Shown piece after piece: positions 46,629 through 56,501 of a DNA stretch of 64,000 nucleotides (its first letter is position 1; every line of letters starts with the position of its first letter). Made by a program: the position numbers and the translations under genes. The DNA is from a virus. The stretch is taken from IMG/VR virus record IMGVR_UViG_3300047321_000445, positions 33,311 to 97,310 of that record; one strand, written 5' to 3'. The notes below the pieces were generated by a model. That model was not told the DNA's origin. It saw only the letters and a program-made list of their open reading frames with translations, and ran no database searches.

Positions 46629-46876
46629 TCGCACGGCTGGAAGGGCGCCCCATCCCCGGCAGCGAGGACGCGCCGTACACGCTGCTGGACGAGGCAGCCG
46701 ATTACGGCTGGTTCGCCGAACGCTGGGGCTGGCCGCCCAGCGTGGTGGACGAGCAGCCCGCATGGGTCGTCGAACGGCTCCCGGCTGTCGCCCGAGCGTG
46801 GGACGAGGCCAAGGTCGCGCTCGAGGAACGGGCTCGGGAAAAGGCGGAGCGCCAGTCCAAGGGGGCGACCGGGTGA
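46601..46876 (+). CDS. gpT-like -1 frameshift extension of the tail chaperone
   Basis: Overlapping -1 frame with no own start; FAERWGWPPSVVDEQP; probable slip near TCCCCTAC 46602-09. Confidence 0.7.
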   Translation, partial: VPYRAFRRLVARLEGRPIPGSEDAPYTLLDEAADYGWFAERWGWPPSVVDEQPAWVVERLPAVARAWDEAKVALEERAREKAERQSKGATG

Positions 46877-47322
46877 CGGAGATCAACGTCAACGTCCAGG
46901 GTGGCGACGAGCTCGCCGCGGCTCTGGACCAGCTCGCCATCAGGGTGCGGACCGCGACCCGCAGCGCCACCAAGGAGGCCACGAGGCTTCTCCAGCGGCG
47001 CGCCTGGGCGCACCTGTCGCGTTACTCCCACCCGCCGAACACGCCGACCCCGTCCCCGCCAGGGGAGCCACCGGCCCGTATCACCGGGTTCCTGCGGGGT
47101 TCGCTGTCGCCGACCGGCCCGTTCCCGACGGGGGATGGCTTCGGCGCCAAGCTCGGCCCGACGGCCGTCTATTCGCGGATCCAGGAACTCGGTGGCCAGG
47201 CCGGCCGCAACCACTCCGTGACGCTGCCGCCCCGCCCCTATATGCGACCCACCCGCGCATCCGTCATCGCCGACGGATCACTGCGTCGTGCGTACGTCGG
47301 CGCCTGGCGCCGCGCCCTGTAG
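46873..47322 (+). CDS. HK97 gp10-like tail completion protein
   Basis: TGFLRGS, YSRIQELGG, LPPRPYMRP. Confidence 0.8.
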   Translation: MTEINVNVQGGDELAAALDQLAIRVRTATRSATKEATRLLQRRAWAHLSRYSHPPNTPTPSPPGEPPARITGFLRGSLSPTGPFPTGDGFGAKLGPTAVYSRIQELGGQAGRNHSVTLPPRPYMRPTRASVIADGSLRRAYVGAWRRAL

Positions 47323-47363
47323 CCCTCACCTGCACACCCACAACTGAATAGAGGGGGCCTGCC

Positions 47364-50300
47364 GTGTCCGACTACCTGCCGCCCGTGGTGGTGGAGCTCG
47401 AAGGTAAGCACGCCAAGCTCCTTGAGACCCTGACGGCGGCTAAGGCCGAGGTTCGCCGGTTCACCACTGACGTCGGCGCGATGCGGGCGACCGTCAACGT
47501 CAAGGCGGACCTGGCGGCCGGTGAGGTCCAGAAGATCCAGCGCAGGGTGGGCGCGATCAGCGCCACGGTCCGTGTCGCGCTCCGTCTGGACGACGCGGTT
47601 GCCCGTGCGCAGTTGGACGACGTCACCCGCACACGGAACATCAACGCGAGGGTCGGCGTGAAGCTGACCCTCGCGGACGGCGAGGTCCAGAAGATCCAGG
47701 AGCGTATCGGCCGGATCAAGGCGACGATCAAGGTCAAGCTCCGTCTCGACACTGCGACCACGACCGCCCGCCTGAACCAGCTGACCCGGGACCGGACGGT
47801 CACCATCACCACCCGCACGGTCGGCGGCGGGCCGGTGCCCCCGGGGGACAGACGGGAAGGCGGAGGCGGTGGGGGTGGGGGTGGCCTGCTGGCCGCGGTG
47901 CTGCCGCTTGCCCCCGCGCTCGTTCCGATCGCCGCGCAGGCCACCGCGCTCGCGGCCTCCATAGGTGCTGCGACTGTCGCGGTCGGTGTGTTCGGTGTGG
48001 CGGTCAAGTCGCAGTTGGGAGCCCTGTCCGCTGTCGCCGACGCGCAGGGGAAGGCCGGGGATGCGGTCGCCAAATACGGCAGCACCTCCAAGCAGGCGGC
48101 GCAGGGCCAGCAGGCGCTGACGCAGACCCTTGACAGGCTGCCCACCGCGACCCGGACGGCGGCCGGCACGTTCCTGAACCTCAAGTCCAATTTCAAAGCC
48201 TGGTCCGACAGCATGGCGAAGTTCACCATGGTGCCCGTCACGCAAGGCCTCGGTGTCCTCGACGCCTTGCTGCCGAAGCTGTCGCCGCTGGTCAAGGACA
48301 CCAGCGGCCAGTTCACCCGGCTCACTACGGCCCTGGCCGGTGGCGTGAACTCCGGCGCGTTCGACGGGCTGATGAGCCGGTTCACCACGTTCGCGAACGG
48401 AGCCCTCCAGAAGGGCGTGGACGGCGTCCTTCACTTCGCCCGGGTGCTGTCCCAGGGCGGCGGCAACGGGCCCATGTCCGCGTTCCTGGCCTACGTGCGG
48501 TCCACCGGGCCCATCGTGGGCGAGACGCTCAAGAACCTGGGCCTGGCCCTCATGAACATCCTCAAGGCGGCCAGCCAGGCCGGCCCGGGGATGCTCACCC
48601 TCGTCAATGCCTTCGCCAAGTTGGTGGCCGCGCTCCCGCCGTCGCTGCTGGCCACGCTCATGCAGGTCGCTCTGGCGATCAAGGTGATCACCCTGACTCG
48701 CACCGGCATGACCGCCCTCGGCGGCTCGGTCACGTCGCTGACGGGCCGGTTCACGACGCTGCGGGGGGTGGCCGTTGCCGCTGGTGGCGGCCTGGCCGGG
48801 TTGCGTGCCGCGTTCCTGTCCCTGGGCACCGCCGCCAAGGCGACCGTCATCATCGCGGTAGTCGCAGCCATCGGTGTCGCGGTGGCCAAGCTCGCATCCC
48901 TGGGGCAGAAGGCGCCCCCGGACATCGACAAGCTGACGAACTCCTTCGGCCGGCTCGGCCAGGGCGGCAAGGTCCAGGGCGAGGCGCTCAAGTCCTTCGG
49001 CGCGAATTTGGACGGGCTGCGGGACTCGATGAAGTCGTTCGTCGCTCCGAGCGTCGTCGACAACATCCAGCAGGGCATCGTCAAGGTGCTGACGGCGGGG
49101 ACCACGGACTCCACCCCCGTCAAGCAGGCCAAGGAGAACCTCGACGCGATCGACAAGTCTCTTGCGAACCTTGTCCAGGGCGGGCACGCCGACCTGGCGG
49201 CCGCGGCCCTGGAGAAGTTGAAGGCGGCGTACGGCAAGGGCGGCCACAACGTCAACAACTTCACGAAGAACCTGACCGAGTACAAGAAGGCCGTGGACGA
49301 CGCCAAGTTCTCCCAAGAACTGGCCGCTCAGTCGCAGGGCCTTTTCGGGCAGCAGGCGCAAGCCACCCAGAAGACCCTCGACGCGCAGAAGGCCTCAGCC
49401 GACGGGCTCAGGCAGTCCCTCCAGGCCCTCAATGACGTGCAGCGCAGCGCGCTGGACGGCGAGATCGGGTTCCAGGCGGCGATCGATGCCGCCGCGAAGG
49501 CCGTGAAGGACAACGGGCGGGCGCTGCACATGCGCAACGGCGTTCTGGACCTGAGCACGGAGAAGGCCCGGAACGAGGCACAGACCCTGTCCGACCTGGC
49601 GGCGAAGACCGAGGCGAACGCGGCCGCCGCGCGGGACGCCAACAAGCCGTGGGGGGAAGTCACCCGGATCTATGACCAGGGCCGGGCCCACCTGGTCGCC
49701 TTCGCGCGACAAATGGGCCTGAGCAAGGACCAGGCGAAGGCACTGGCCGACCAGATCCTGAAGACCCCGAACAAGACCAGCCGCATAAAGATGGACACCG
49801 AGGACGCCACCCGCGACCTCAACACCTTCAATGCGGCAGTCAAGAAGTCGCCGGGCGCCAAGAGCGTCACCCTCAAGACGCTGTCGGCCGCGGCCGAGAA
49901 GGTGCTGAGTGCCTTCGGATTCAAGGTCACGCACCTCAAGGACGGCTCGGTCAAGATCGTCGCGAAGGCGGGCGGCGCGCTCAGCCAGATCGGGAGCGTC
50001 TCCGCTGCGATCTCCAACCTGAACGGCAAGACCGCCACCACCTACGTCATCACCAAGACGAAGACGTCCAACGCGGGCACCGTCTACCACGAGGGAGGGA
50101 AGTACGCGCAGGGCGGTCTGGTGCGCCGCTACGCCGACGGCGGCTCCATCGAGGGCGGCTCCGGCACACGGGACGATGTGCCGCTGCTGGCGATGGGCGG
50201 CGAGTTCATCGTCAACAAGAAGCAGACCAACAAATACCGGCGCCTGCTGGACGCGATCAACGAGGACCGCGTGCCCCACTTCGCCAAGGGCGGGTTGACG

Positions 50301-51419
50301 CAGGCGCAGAAGTCTGCCCGCTCGCAGCTGGGCTCACAGTTCGGGATCTCCCTGTTCGGGAAGGTCGCCGGGTACCAGATCGACCCGTTCGAGAGGGGGT
50401 TGGGAAGGCCCGCCGACCTGGGCAGCCTGGTCTCGGCGCTGAACGGACTCCACAGCCAGATCAAGGCCGCATTCAACGGGAAGACCGAGTCGTCGCTGCT
50501 GAAGCAGTTGGACAAGGCCGGTAAGAGCCTGATCAGCTACGACAAGCAGCTCACCAAGGTCACGTCCAGCTTGGCTTCGGCCAAGACGAAGCTGGACGAC
50601 CTGAAGAACGCGGCCGCACAGGTCAAGTCGTCGGTCGCGTCGAGCATCATGTCCGGCGCCAGCGTGGTCACCCAGGCCCCGCAGGACGGGTTCGGGCTCA
50701 CCAGCGCGGACGTCGTCAACAGCATGGCCGCGCAAGTGCAGAAGGCGCAGCAGTTCACTGCTGAGCTGGAGACGCTGAAGAAACGCGGGCTGAGCGGCGA
50801 CCTGCTCGACCAGATCGCGGCGGCCGGCGTGGACCAGGGCGGTGCGACAGCCGCGGCCCTGACCGGGGCGAGTGACGCCCAGATCAAGCAGCTCAACAGC
50901 CTGCAGAAGAACCTGAAGTCGTCGGCCAACAAGGCTGGCTCGGCGGTCGCCGATGCCATGTACGGCGCCGGGATCAAGGCTGCCGAGGGCTTGGTCAAGG
51001 GCCTGGAGAAGCAGCAGAAAGCGATCGAGGCCGCCATGCTTCGCATCGCGAAGAGCATGGAGAAGGCCCTGAAGGCGGCCCTCGGGATCCACTCGCCATC
51101 GACGGTGATGGCGAACGTGGGCGACTTCACCGCGCTCGGCTTCGCGCACGGCATCACCCGCAGCAGCAAGCACGCGGTGATCGCTGCGCGCGGGATGGCT
51201 ATGTCGGTGGCGCAGGGTGCCACGCTCACGGGCTCGCCGACGTGGGCCGGTATCTCCCACGGCGGGGGCGGCCCGATGGTGGTGCACAACCACTACCACG
51301 CGCACGTCACCGTCGAAGGGCACGTCATGACTGAGCGGAATTTGCGGGATGTCGTCGAGAAGCAGATGACGCAGCTCGGCGCCCGCAATTCCCAGACGTG
51401 GCAGCCGTTCAGGCGCTGA
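47364..51419 (+). CDS. Tape measure protein
   Basis: 1351 aa, Ala/Lys-rich; DDVPLLAMGGEFIVN, LGIHSPS. Confidence 0.92.
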   Translation: MSDYLPPVVVELEGKHAKLLETLTAAKAEVRRFTTDVGAMRATVNVKADLAAGEVQKIQRRVGAISATVRVALRLDDAVARAQLDDVTRTRNINARVGVKLTLADGEVQKIQERIGRIKATIKVKLRLDTATTTARLNQLTRDRTVTITTRTVGGGPVPPGDRREGGGGGGGGGLLAAVLPLAPALVPIAAQATALAASIGAATVAVGVFGVAVKSQLGALSAVADAQGKAGDAVAKYGSTSKQAAQGQQALTQTLDRLPTATRTAAGTFLNLKSNFKAWSDSMAKFTMVPVTQGLGVLDALLPKLSPLVKDTSGQFTRLTTALAGGVNSGAFDGLMSRFTTFANGALQKGVDGVLHFARVLSQGGGNGPMSAFLAYVRSTGPIVGETLKNLGLALMNILKAASQAGPGMLTLVNAFAKLVAALPPSLLATLMQVALAIKVITLTRTGMTALGGSVTSLTGRFTTLRGVAVAAGGGLAGLRAAFLSLGTAAKATVIIAVVAAIGVAVAKLASLGQKAPPDIDKLTNSFGRLGQGGKVQGEALKSFGANLDGLRDSMKSFVAPSVVDNIQQGIVKVLTAGTTDSTPVKQAKENLDAIDKSLANLVQGGHADLAAAALEKLKAAYGKGGHNVNNFTKNLTEYKKAVDDAKFSQELAAQSQGLFGQQAQATQKTLDAQKASADGLRQSLQALNDVQRSALDGEIGFQAAIDAAAKAVKDNGRALHMRNGVLDLSTEKARNEAQTLSDLAAKTEANAAAARDANKPWGEVTRIYDQGRAHLVAFARQMGLSKDQAKALADQILKTPNKTSRIKMDTEDATRDLNTFNAAVKKSPGAKSVTLKTLSAAAEKVLSAFGFKVTHLKDGSVKIVAKAGGALSQIGSVSAAISNLNGKTATTYVITKTKTSNAGTVYHEGGKYAQGGLVRRYADGGSIEGGSGTRDDVPLLAMGGEFIVNKKQTNKYRRLLDAINEDRVPHFAKGGLTQAQKSARSQLGSQFGISLFGKVAGYQIDPFERGLGRPADLGSLVSALNGLHSQIKAAFNGKTESSLLKQLDKAGKSLISYDKQLTKVTSSLASAKTKLDDLKNAAAQVKSSVASSIMSGASVVTQAPQDGFGLTSADVVNSMAAQVQKAQQFTAELETLKKRGLSGDLLDQIAAAGVDQGGATAAALTGASDAQIKQLNSLQKNLKSSANKAGSAVADAMYGAGIKAAEGLVKGLEKQQKAIEAAMLRIAKSMEKALKAALGIHSPSTVMANVGDFTALGFAHGITRSSKHAVIAARGMAMSVAQGATLTGSPTWAGISHGGGGPMVVHNHYHAHVTVEGHVMTERNLRDVVEKQMTQLGARNSQTWQPFRR

Positions 51420-51469
51420 TCAACAACCGATAGAAAGGGCGCCACCGGGCGCCAGAGAGGTGGTGTCCG

Positions 51470-54400
51470 GTGGCTAACCCCAAGCTGTCGACCCTCGTGG
51501 ACGGCTTCACGGCTGCGACGCTCAACGGCAGCGTGTGGACCGGTACCGGAGGGACGTTCGCGCTCGACACGACGCGCGACCTGGTGACGGTCAACGTGGG
51601 CACCACGCCGGGCGTCTTCAACAACTTCAACTCGGTCGCCACCTTCGACGCGACGAACACCTCGGTCTTCGCGCAGGTGTGGCCAGCCATGACCGGTAAC
51701 ACGGCGAACACGGCCCTGAAGCTGGACGCGGGCTCGAACAACGCGATCAGCGCCCTCGTCACGGGCACCGGCAGCTTCACCTTCCGGCTCACCAACGCCG
51801 GCGCGTTCGTAGACACCGCGCTGCCTACCTACAACCCGAGCACGCACCGGTGGTGGATGTTGTCGGAGGCGGCAGGCGTCTACACGTTCTCCACGAGCCC
51901 GGACGGGCAGACGTGGACGGCGCTGGCGAGTGTGGCGCACGCGTGGGATGCGACCGCCTCGAAGCTGTTCTTCCAGACCGGTTCGGGCAGCAACACGACG
52001 GCCGGGCTTCAGGCGGCCATCGCGCACGTCAGCACGCTCGCGGGCGGCAGCACCCGGCCGAAGCTGGGCGCGCTCGTGGACGGGTTCACCGGCAGCAGCA
52101 TCAACAGCGCGCTGTGGAACGCGTCCTCGGTGGGCCAGTCCACGCTGGACACGGTCAACGATCAGGTGCTGCTGAACGTGGCCACCACCACGTTCTCCTT
52201 CCCCAGCTTCGGCAGCGCCTCCTGGGACATAACCGGCTCGGCCCTGTACGCGCAGATCACGGTGGCGCCGAACTTCGCGGGAGTGCTGACCATCCTCAAG
52301 GTGGACGCGGGATCGAATTTCTCGATCTCGGCGAAGGTGACCAGCCCGAGCGGGTTCGAGGTCGACGTCCAAGCCTTCGGTTCCACGAGCGTCCTCAACT
52401 TGCCGACGTACGACCCGCACCAGCACAGGTGGTGGCGCTTCTCCGAGGCGAACGGGCTGATCGTGTTCGCGACCAGCCCGGACGGCCTGAACTGGACCAG
52501 CCTCCAGAGCGTCGCCTACACCTGGCCTTTCACGAGCGTCCAAGTGTTCTTGCAGACCGGCACGGGTGGCACCGCCCCACCGGCCGGGCTGACGGCGGGC
52601 ATCGCGCACGTCAACACCCAGGCCGGTGGGCCCCTCAATCCGAACTGGCCGGTCGTAGAGGACGCCTGGGGCCCGTACTGGGGCGCTAACGCGGGCACGG
52701 TGGCGCCCGATCGGTACGTGGACCTCAGCAACCTGACGCAAGGCAGCGTGAACTTCAACCGCGGCAAGCAGTACGAACTGGACCAGGTCCGGTCGGGCGA
52801 GGGACAGGTCGGGCTGTTGAACACCGACGCGGCGTTCGAGCCGACCAACCCCAGCGGCCCATGGTTCGGGCACGTCAAGCCGTACGAGCCGTTCAAGCGG
52901 CGCGCCCAGTGGCCACCCACCCGGAACCTGCTCACTCAGGTGCAGGCCACCGGGGGTGATCTGGGCGGCTACCCCACCGGCTCGATCCCCACCGAGGCGG
53001 GCGTGTCCTCCGATACGGGCGGCGGCACCATCAAGGCCGTCAGCGGCGCGTGGCAGGGCGGTCGGGTCCTCGACTTCATCGTGGCTGCGGGCGCGCCCTC
53101 GAACTCGGTGGTCTTCCGGACGGCGCAGCCTGCGGCGGACCCGGGCACGATCTACACGCACACCGTGCGGGTCCGTAACGTCGCCGCCTCCGGCACGCTT
53201 CAGGTCAAGCCGTACGTGGCCTGGTATACGGCGGGCGTCGCCACTCCTACGTTCGTGGACGGGGGCACGGTCGGGCTCGTCGGATCGGCGAGCGCCGCCT
53301 GGACGACGCTCACCATCACGGCGACCGCCCCGGCCACGGTGGCGGGCATCGAGATCGGGATGCGGACCGCCGTCGAGTCGCCCGACGCCGATATCCAGGT
53401 CGACGGATGGCAGCTCGAACAGGGCCCCTCGTCCACGGCGTGGACGTGCCCGGGTGTCTGGTATCCCGTGTTCAGCGGGTTCATGGAGCGGTTCCCGTCC
53501 AAGTGGGACATGGAAGGCACGTTCGGGACGGTGCAGCCGACCGTCGTGGACGCGTTCGCCCTGCTGTCGCAGGTCACGCTGTCGGACCCGCTCACGGAGG
53601 AGGTCACCTCGAGCGGGCCGAGGTTCCTGTACAAGCTGGATGACCCGAGCGGGAGCATGTCCGCAGCGGATGCGACCGGCAACTTCGGGGCCGCGCCGAT
53701 TGCCGTGTCGAAGTACGGTGCGGGCAGTCTGTCGTTCGGGAGCCCGGTCACGGCGGCCGACACCGTGAACGGCATCTTCACGGGTGCTCCGGGCCCTGTC
53801 GTCACCATCAACAACGCGAGCCCGGGGCAGGCCGTAACGGCGGCCGCCTCGTTCCTGCGGCTCGCCGCGGCGGGCATCACCGGGCCGGCCGACCCGGGCT
53901 TCTTCACGCGTGCCCTCGCGTTCCGCTACGTCGGCCCCACGCCGACGGCCGCGGCCTGCCTGTGGTCCTGCATGGACAACCAGCGGGCGAACGGCAACCC
54001 CAGCGGATCGCGGATCTTCCTGTACATCCTCAACGACAACAAGATCCATTTCTTCATGACGGGCCCGGACGGCTCGACGCTGGTCAACACCACGATCGGC
54101 ACGGCGAACGTGGTCGACAGCAACTGGCACCTGGTGACCTTCGGCTACCGGAACGACACCGGCCAGGTCATCGTGTCCCTCGACGGGGCCACCACCCTGT
54201 CGTCCGTCACCCCGCTGTCGGGCAAGCCGACGGGCATCGTCGGTGACAACCTGGGCGGGTTCGTGGACGTGACCGTGGGCAACGGCACCACGTGGAACTT
54301 CAAGGGTGACATTGCGTTCGCCGGCGAATGGCCGACGCTGCTGAACGCCACCCAGCTCTCCAACCTGTTCGAGGCGTGGAAGTCCGCGTGCGTGGGGGAC

Positions 54401-55453
54401 ACCACCGACCAGCGGTATGCCCGGATCCTCCGCTACGCCGGGTACACCGGGTCGTCGGTGATCCAGACCGGGCTGACCACGAGCATGGGTCCGGCGAACA
54501 TCGCCGGGCAGGACGTCGTCACAGCCCTGCAGAACGTGGTCACCACCGAGAACGGACAGCACTACATCGACCGATCCGGCGCCCCCACGTTCCGTGCCCG
54601 ATCGGCCCGCTACAACGCCACCATCCCGGCGTACGTCTTCGGTGAGCGCGCCGACCTGGGGGAATGGCCGTACGAGGACGTGGAAACCGACTACGACACC
54701 ACGCACCTGGCGAACGATGTGTCAGTCACCCAGGAGCCGACTGGGCAGGTGTTCCACGCTAAGGACGCTGGCAGCCGCGCCGACTACTTCCCTCGCCCCA
54801 TGGACCGGACGATCAACTCGACGTCCGGCCCGGAGTGCCAGGACGCCGCGGACTACCTGCTCAGCCGGTACAAGCAGCCGCTCACACGGATCAGCACCAT
54901 CAAGCTGCATCCTGCGGCGATACCGGCGATGTGGCCGGTGTGCCTGTCCCTGGAACTCGGCACGCGGGTCCGTGTGATGCGCAGGGCGCCGGGAGTTCCC
55001 GCGAGACAGCTTGAGGCCTTCGTGGAGCAGCTTCAGTGGGAGTTCTCGGACTCGGGGGACGCGTGGCTCACTCTCCAGTGCTCGCCCGCTGACACCACGC
55101 CCTACGGGGTGTTCGTGCCCTGGTACGCGGCCGTCACCTTCACCGTGGCGTCAGGCGTCAACTCCCTGGACGTCCTCAACCGGCGCGACAACGCAAACCC
55201 GCTCGCCGCGCAGCTCGCTCCCGGGCAGCAGCTCGTGCTGGGCGTGGGGACCGCCAACCAGGAGACCGTCACCGTGCAGTCGGTCGCCACGACGTCGCCC
55301 GGCTGGACCTCGGCGACGATCACCTTCACCACCAACACGACCAAACCGCACAGCGCGAATGAGACCGTCAGCGAACCGCTCCCGGCCGGTGTCACGGATC
55401 CGACGACGTGGGATTCCGCTGGCACGTTCGACGCTGTGGCATTCGCCTACTGA
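51470..55453 (+). CDS. Large minor tail / tail-tip protein (duplicated N-terminal domain, CBM-like and LamG-like domains)
   Basis: Follows the TMP; DGWQLEQG, YKLDDPSG, DSNWHLV. Confidence 0.85.
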   Translation: MANPKLSTLVDGFTAATLNGSVWTGTGGTFALDTTRDLVTVNVGTTPGVFNNFNSVATFDATNTSVFAQVWPAMTGNTANTALKLDAGSNNAISALVTGTGSFTFRLTNAGAFVDTALPTYNPSTHRWWMLSEAAGVYTFSTSPDGQTWTALASVAHAWDATASKLFFQTGSGSNTTAGLQAAIAHVSTLAGGSTRPKLGALVDGFTGSSINSALWNASSVGQSTLDTVNDQVLLNVATTTFSFPSFGSASWDITGSALYAQITVAPNFAGVLTILKVDAGSNFSISAKVTSPSGFEVDVQAFGSTSVLNLPTYDPHQHRWWRFSEANGLIVFATSPDGLNWTSLQSVAYTWPFTSVQVFLQTGTGGTAPPAGLTAGIAHVNTQAGGPLNPNWPVVEDAWGPYWGANAGTVAPDRYVDLSNLTQGSVNFNRGKQYELDQVRSGEGQVGLLNTDAAFEPTNPSGPWFGHVKPYEPFKRRAQWPPTRNLLTQVQATGGDLGGYPTGSIPTEAGVSSDTGGGTIKAVSGAWQGGRVLDFIVAAGAPSNSVVFRTAQPAADPGTIYTHTVRVRNVAASGTLQVKPYVAWYTAGVATPTFVDGGTVGLVGSASAAWTTLTITATAPATVAGIEIGMRTAVESPDADIQVDGWQLEQGPSSTAWTCPGVWYPVFSGFMERFPSKWDMEGTFGTVQPTVVDAFALLSQVTLSDPLTEEVTSSGPRFLYKLDDPSGSMSAADATGNFGAAPIAVSKYGAGSLSFGSPVTAADTVNGIFTGAPGPVVTINNASPGQAVTAAASFLRLAAAGITGPADPGFFTRALAFRYVGPTPTAAACLWSCMDNQRANGNPSGSRIFLYILNDNKIHFFMTGPDGSTLVNTTIGTANVVDSNWHLVTFGYRNDTGQVIVSLDGATTLSSVTPLSGKPTGIVGDNLGGFVDVTVGNGTTWNFKGDIAFAGEWPTLLNATQLSNLFEAWKSACVGDTTDQRYARILRYAGYTGSSVIQTGLTTSMGPANIAGQDVVTALQNVVTTENGQHYIDRSGAPTFRARSARYNATIPAYVFGERADLGEWPYEDVETDYDTTHLANDVSVTQEPTGQVFHAKDAGSRADYFPRPMDRTINSTSGPECQDAADYLLSRYKQPLTRISTIKLHPAAIPAMWPVCLSLELGTRVRVMRRAPGVPARQLEAFVEQLQWEFSDSGDAWLTLQCSPADTTPYGVFVPWYAAVTFTVASGVNSLDVLNRRDNANPLAAQLAPGQQLVLGVGTANQETVTVQSVATTSPGWTSATITFTTNTTKPHSANETVSEPLPAGVTDPTTWDSAGTFDAVAFAY

Positions 55454-55462
55454 GGAGGGCAT

Positions 55463-56008
55463 ATGGCGCGAAGCATGCCCGTCGTCGCTACTGAGGCTCC
55501 CGGCTCCTTCGTCACCTCCGCCCTGTGGATGGCGCAGGTCGCCGCCACGATGCAGTGGCTGTTCGGCTCGGGCGCCGGCAACGGAGTGCCCCGCTTCCGC
55601 GGCTTCGCGAGCACCGCCCAGGCCTTCGCGTCTGGGCTCACCTTTGCCCCGGTCAACCTGGACTCGGAGGTGTACGACAGCGAGGGCGGGCATTCCACCA
55701 CCACCAACACATCTCGCTACGTCTGTCAGGTCGCGGGCATGTATCGGCTGACCGCGATGGGTTCGTTCGGCGTCAACAGCGCGGGCAGCCGGGCCGTCGC
55801 CGTCGGGGTGAACGGCAGTTCGGTCATTCAAGCCCAGTCGGCGGCACCGGCCGCGAACTCGTGGGCCAACCAGTCCACTGTCGACCAGTTCCTGAACGTC
55901 GGTGACTATGTCGAAATTCTGACCTGGCAGAACTGCGGCGCAAGCCTCTCCACCAGCACCGGGTCGCTCGCCCCGGCCCTCCTGGTGTGGTGGATCGGTA
56001 ACAACTAG
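55463..56008 (+). CDS. Minor tail / fibre protein (C1q-like)
   Basis: DSEGGHST..NTSRYVCQVAGMY..LNVGDYVE. Confidence 0.75.
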   Translation: MARSMPVVATEAPGSFVTSALWMAQVAATMQWLFGSGAGNGVPRFRGFASTAQAFASGLTFAPVNLDSEVYDSEGGHSTTTNTSRYVCQVAGMYRLTAMGSFGVNSAGSRAVAVGVNGSSVIQAQSAAPAANSWANQSTVDQFLNVGDYVEILTWQNCGASLSTSTGSLAPALLVWWIGNN

Positions 56009-56025
56009 CGGACGGAGACCCTCGA

Positions 56026-56433
56026 ATGGCTACCCCGCCCCCTCCCGTTCCGGTCACGGGCCCGGTGTGCCCCGTCTGTGGTGACCGTGCGGTCGTGAAC
56101 TGGACCCGTCGCCTCACCGACGACGAGATAGCCGACCTGCTGGACCGCGAACAGCAGCAGCGAGACCAGATCACTGCCACGGCTCCGGACGAGCAGCCGC
56201 CCGCTTTCGGGCCCCTGCCGACGCAGGCAAACTCGACTCAGCTCGTGCTCGCCTGCGCAGTCCACGCGATCGCTTTAGACCTGGCTGCGCTGGTCCACCA
56301 GTCCACGTGCACGGCACCCAACCCGACCACCCTGCCCGGCTGCGACTGCACCCCGGAGGCGCCGCCGACGACTGACGGGCCAGCACTGGTGAAGGCGCTG
56401 GCGCTGCCTACGCACTGGCAGTCCGTCGCCTGA
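56026..56433 (+). CDS. Hypothetical protein (tail-associated)
   Basis: GGAGA RBS; CPVC..CAVH. Confidence 0.65.
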   Translation: MATPPPPVPVTGPVCPVCGDRAVVNWTRRLTDDEIADLLDREQQQRDQITATAPDEQPPAFGPLPTQANSTQLVLACAVHAIALDLAALVHQSTCTAPNPTTLPGCDCTPEAPPTTDGPALVKALALPTHWQSVA

Positions 56434-56479
56434 CCCCGGCGCACCCCGCCCCGACCCCGGCCCCGTGCCGGGGTTTTTT
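56433..56479 (+). terminator. Terminator upstream of the lysis module
   Basis: ACCCCGGC...GCCGGGGTTTTTT. Confidence 0.7.
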
Positions 56480-56501
56480 CATGCCCCGGTTTGGAGGCCT
56501 T

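Noticed and set aside
38958-54706. Very long antisense ORFs (e.g. 38958-42494, 47238-49361, 51293-54706)
   Set aside because: Shadow frames caused by high GC3 of the real plus-strand structural genes; no recognisable motifs
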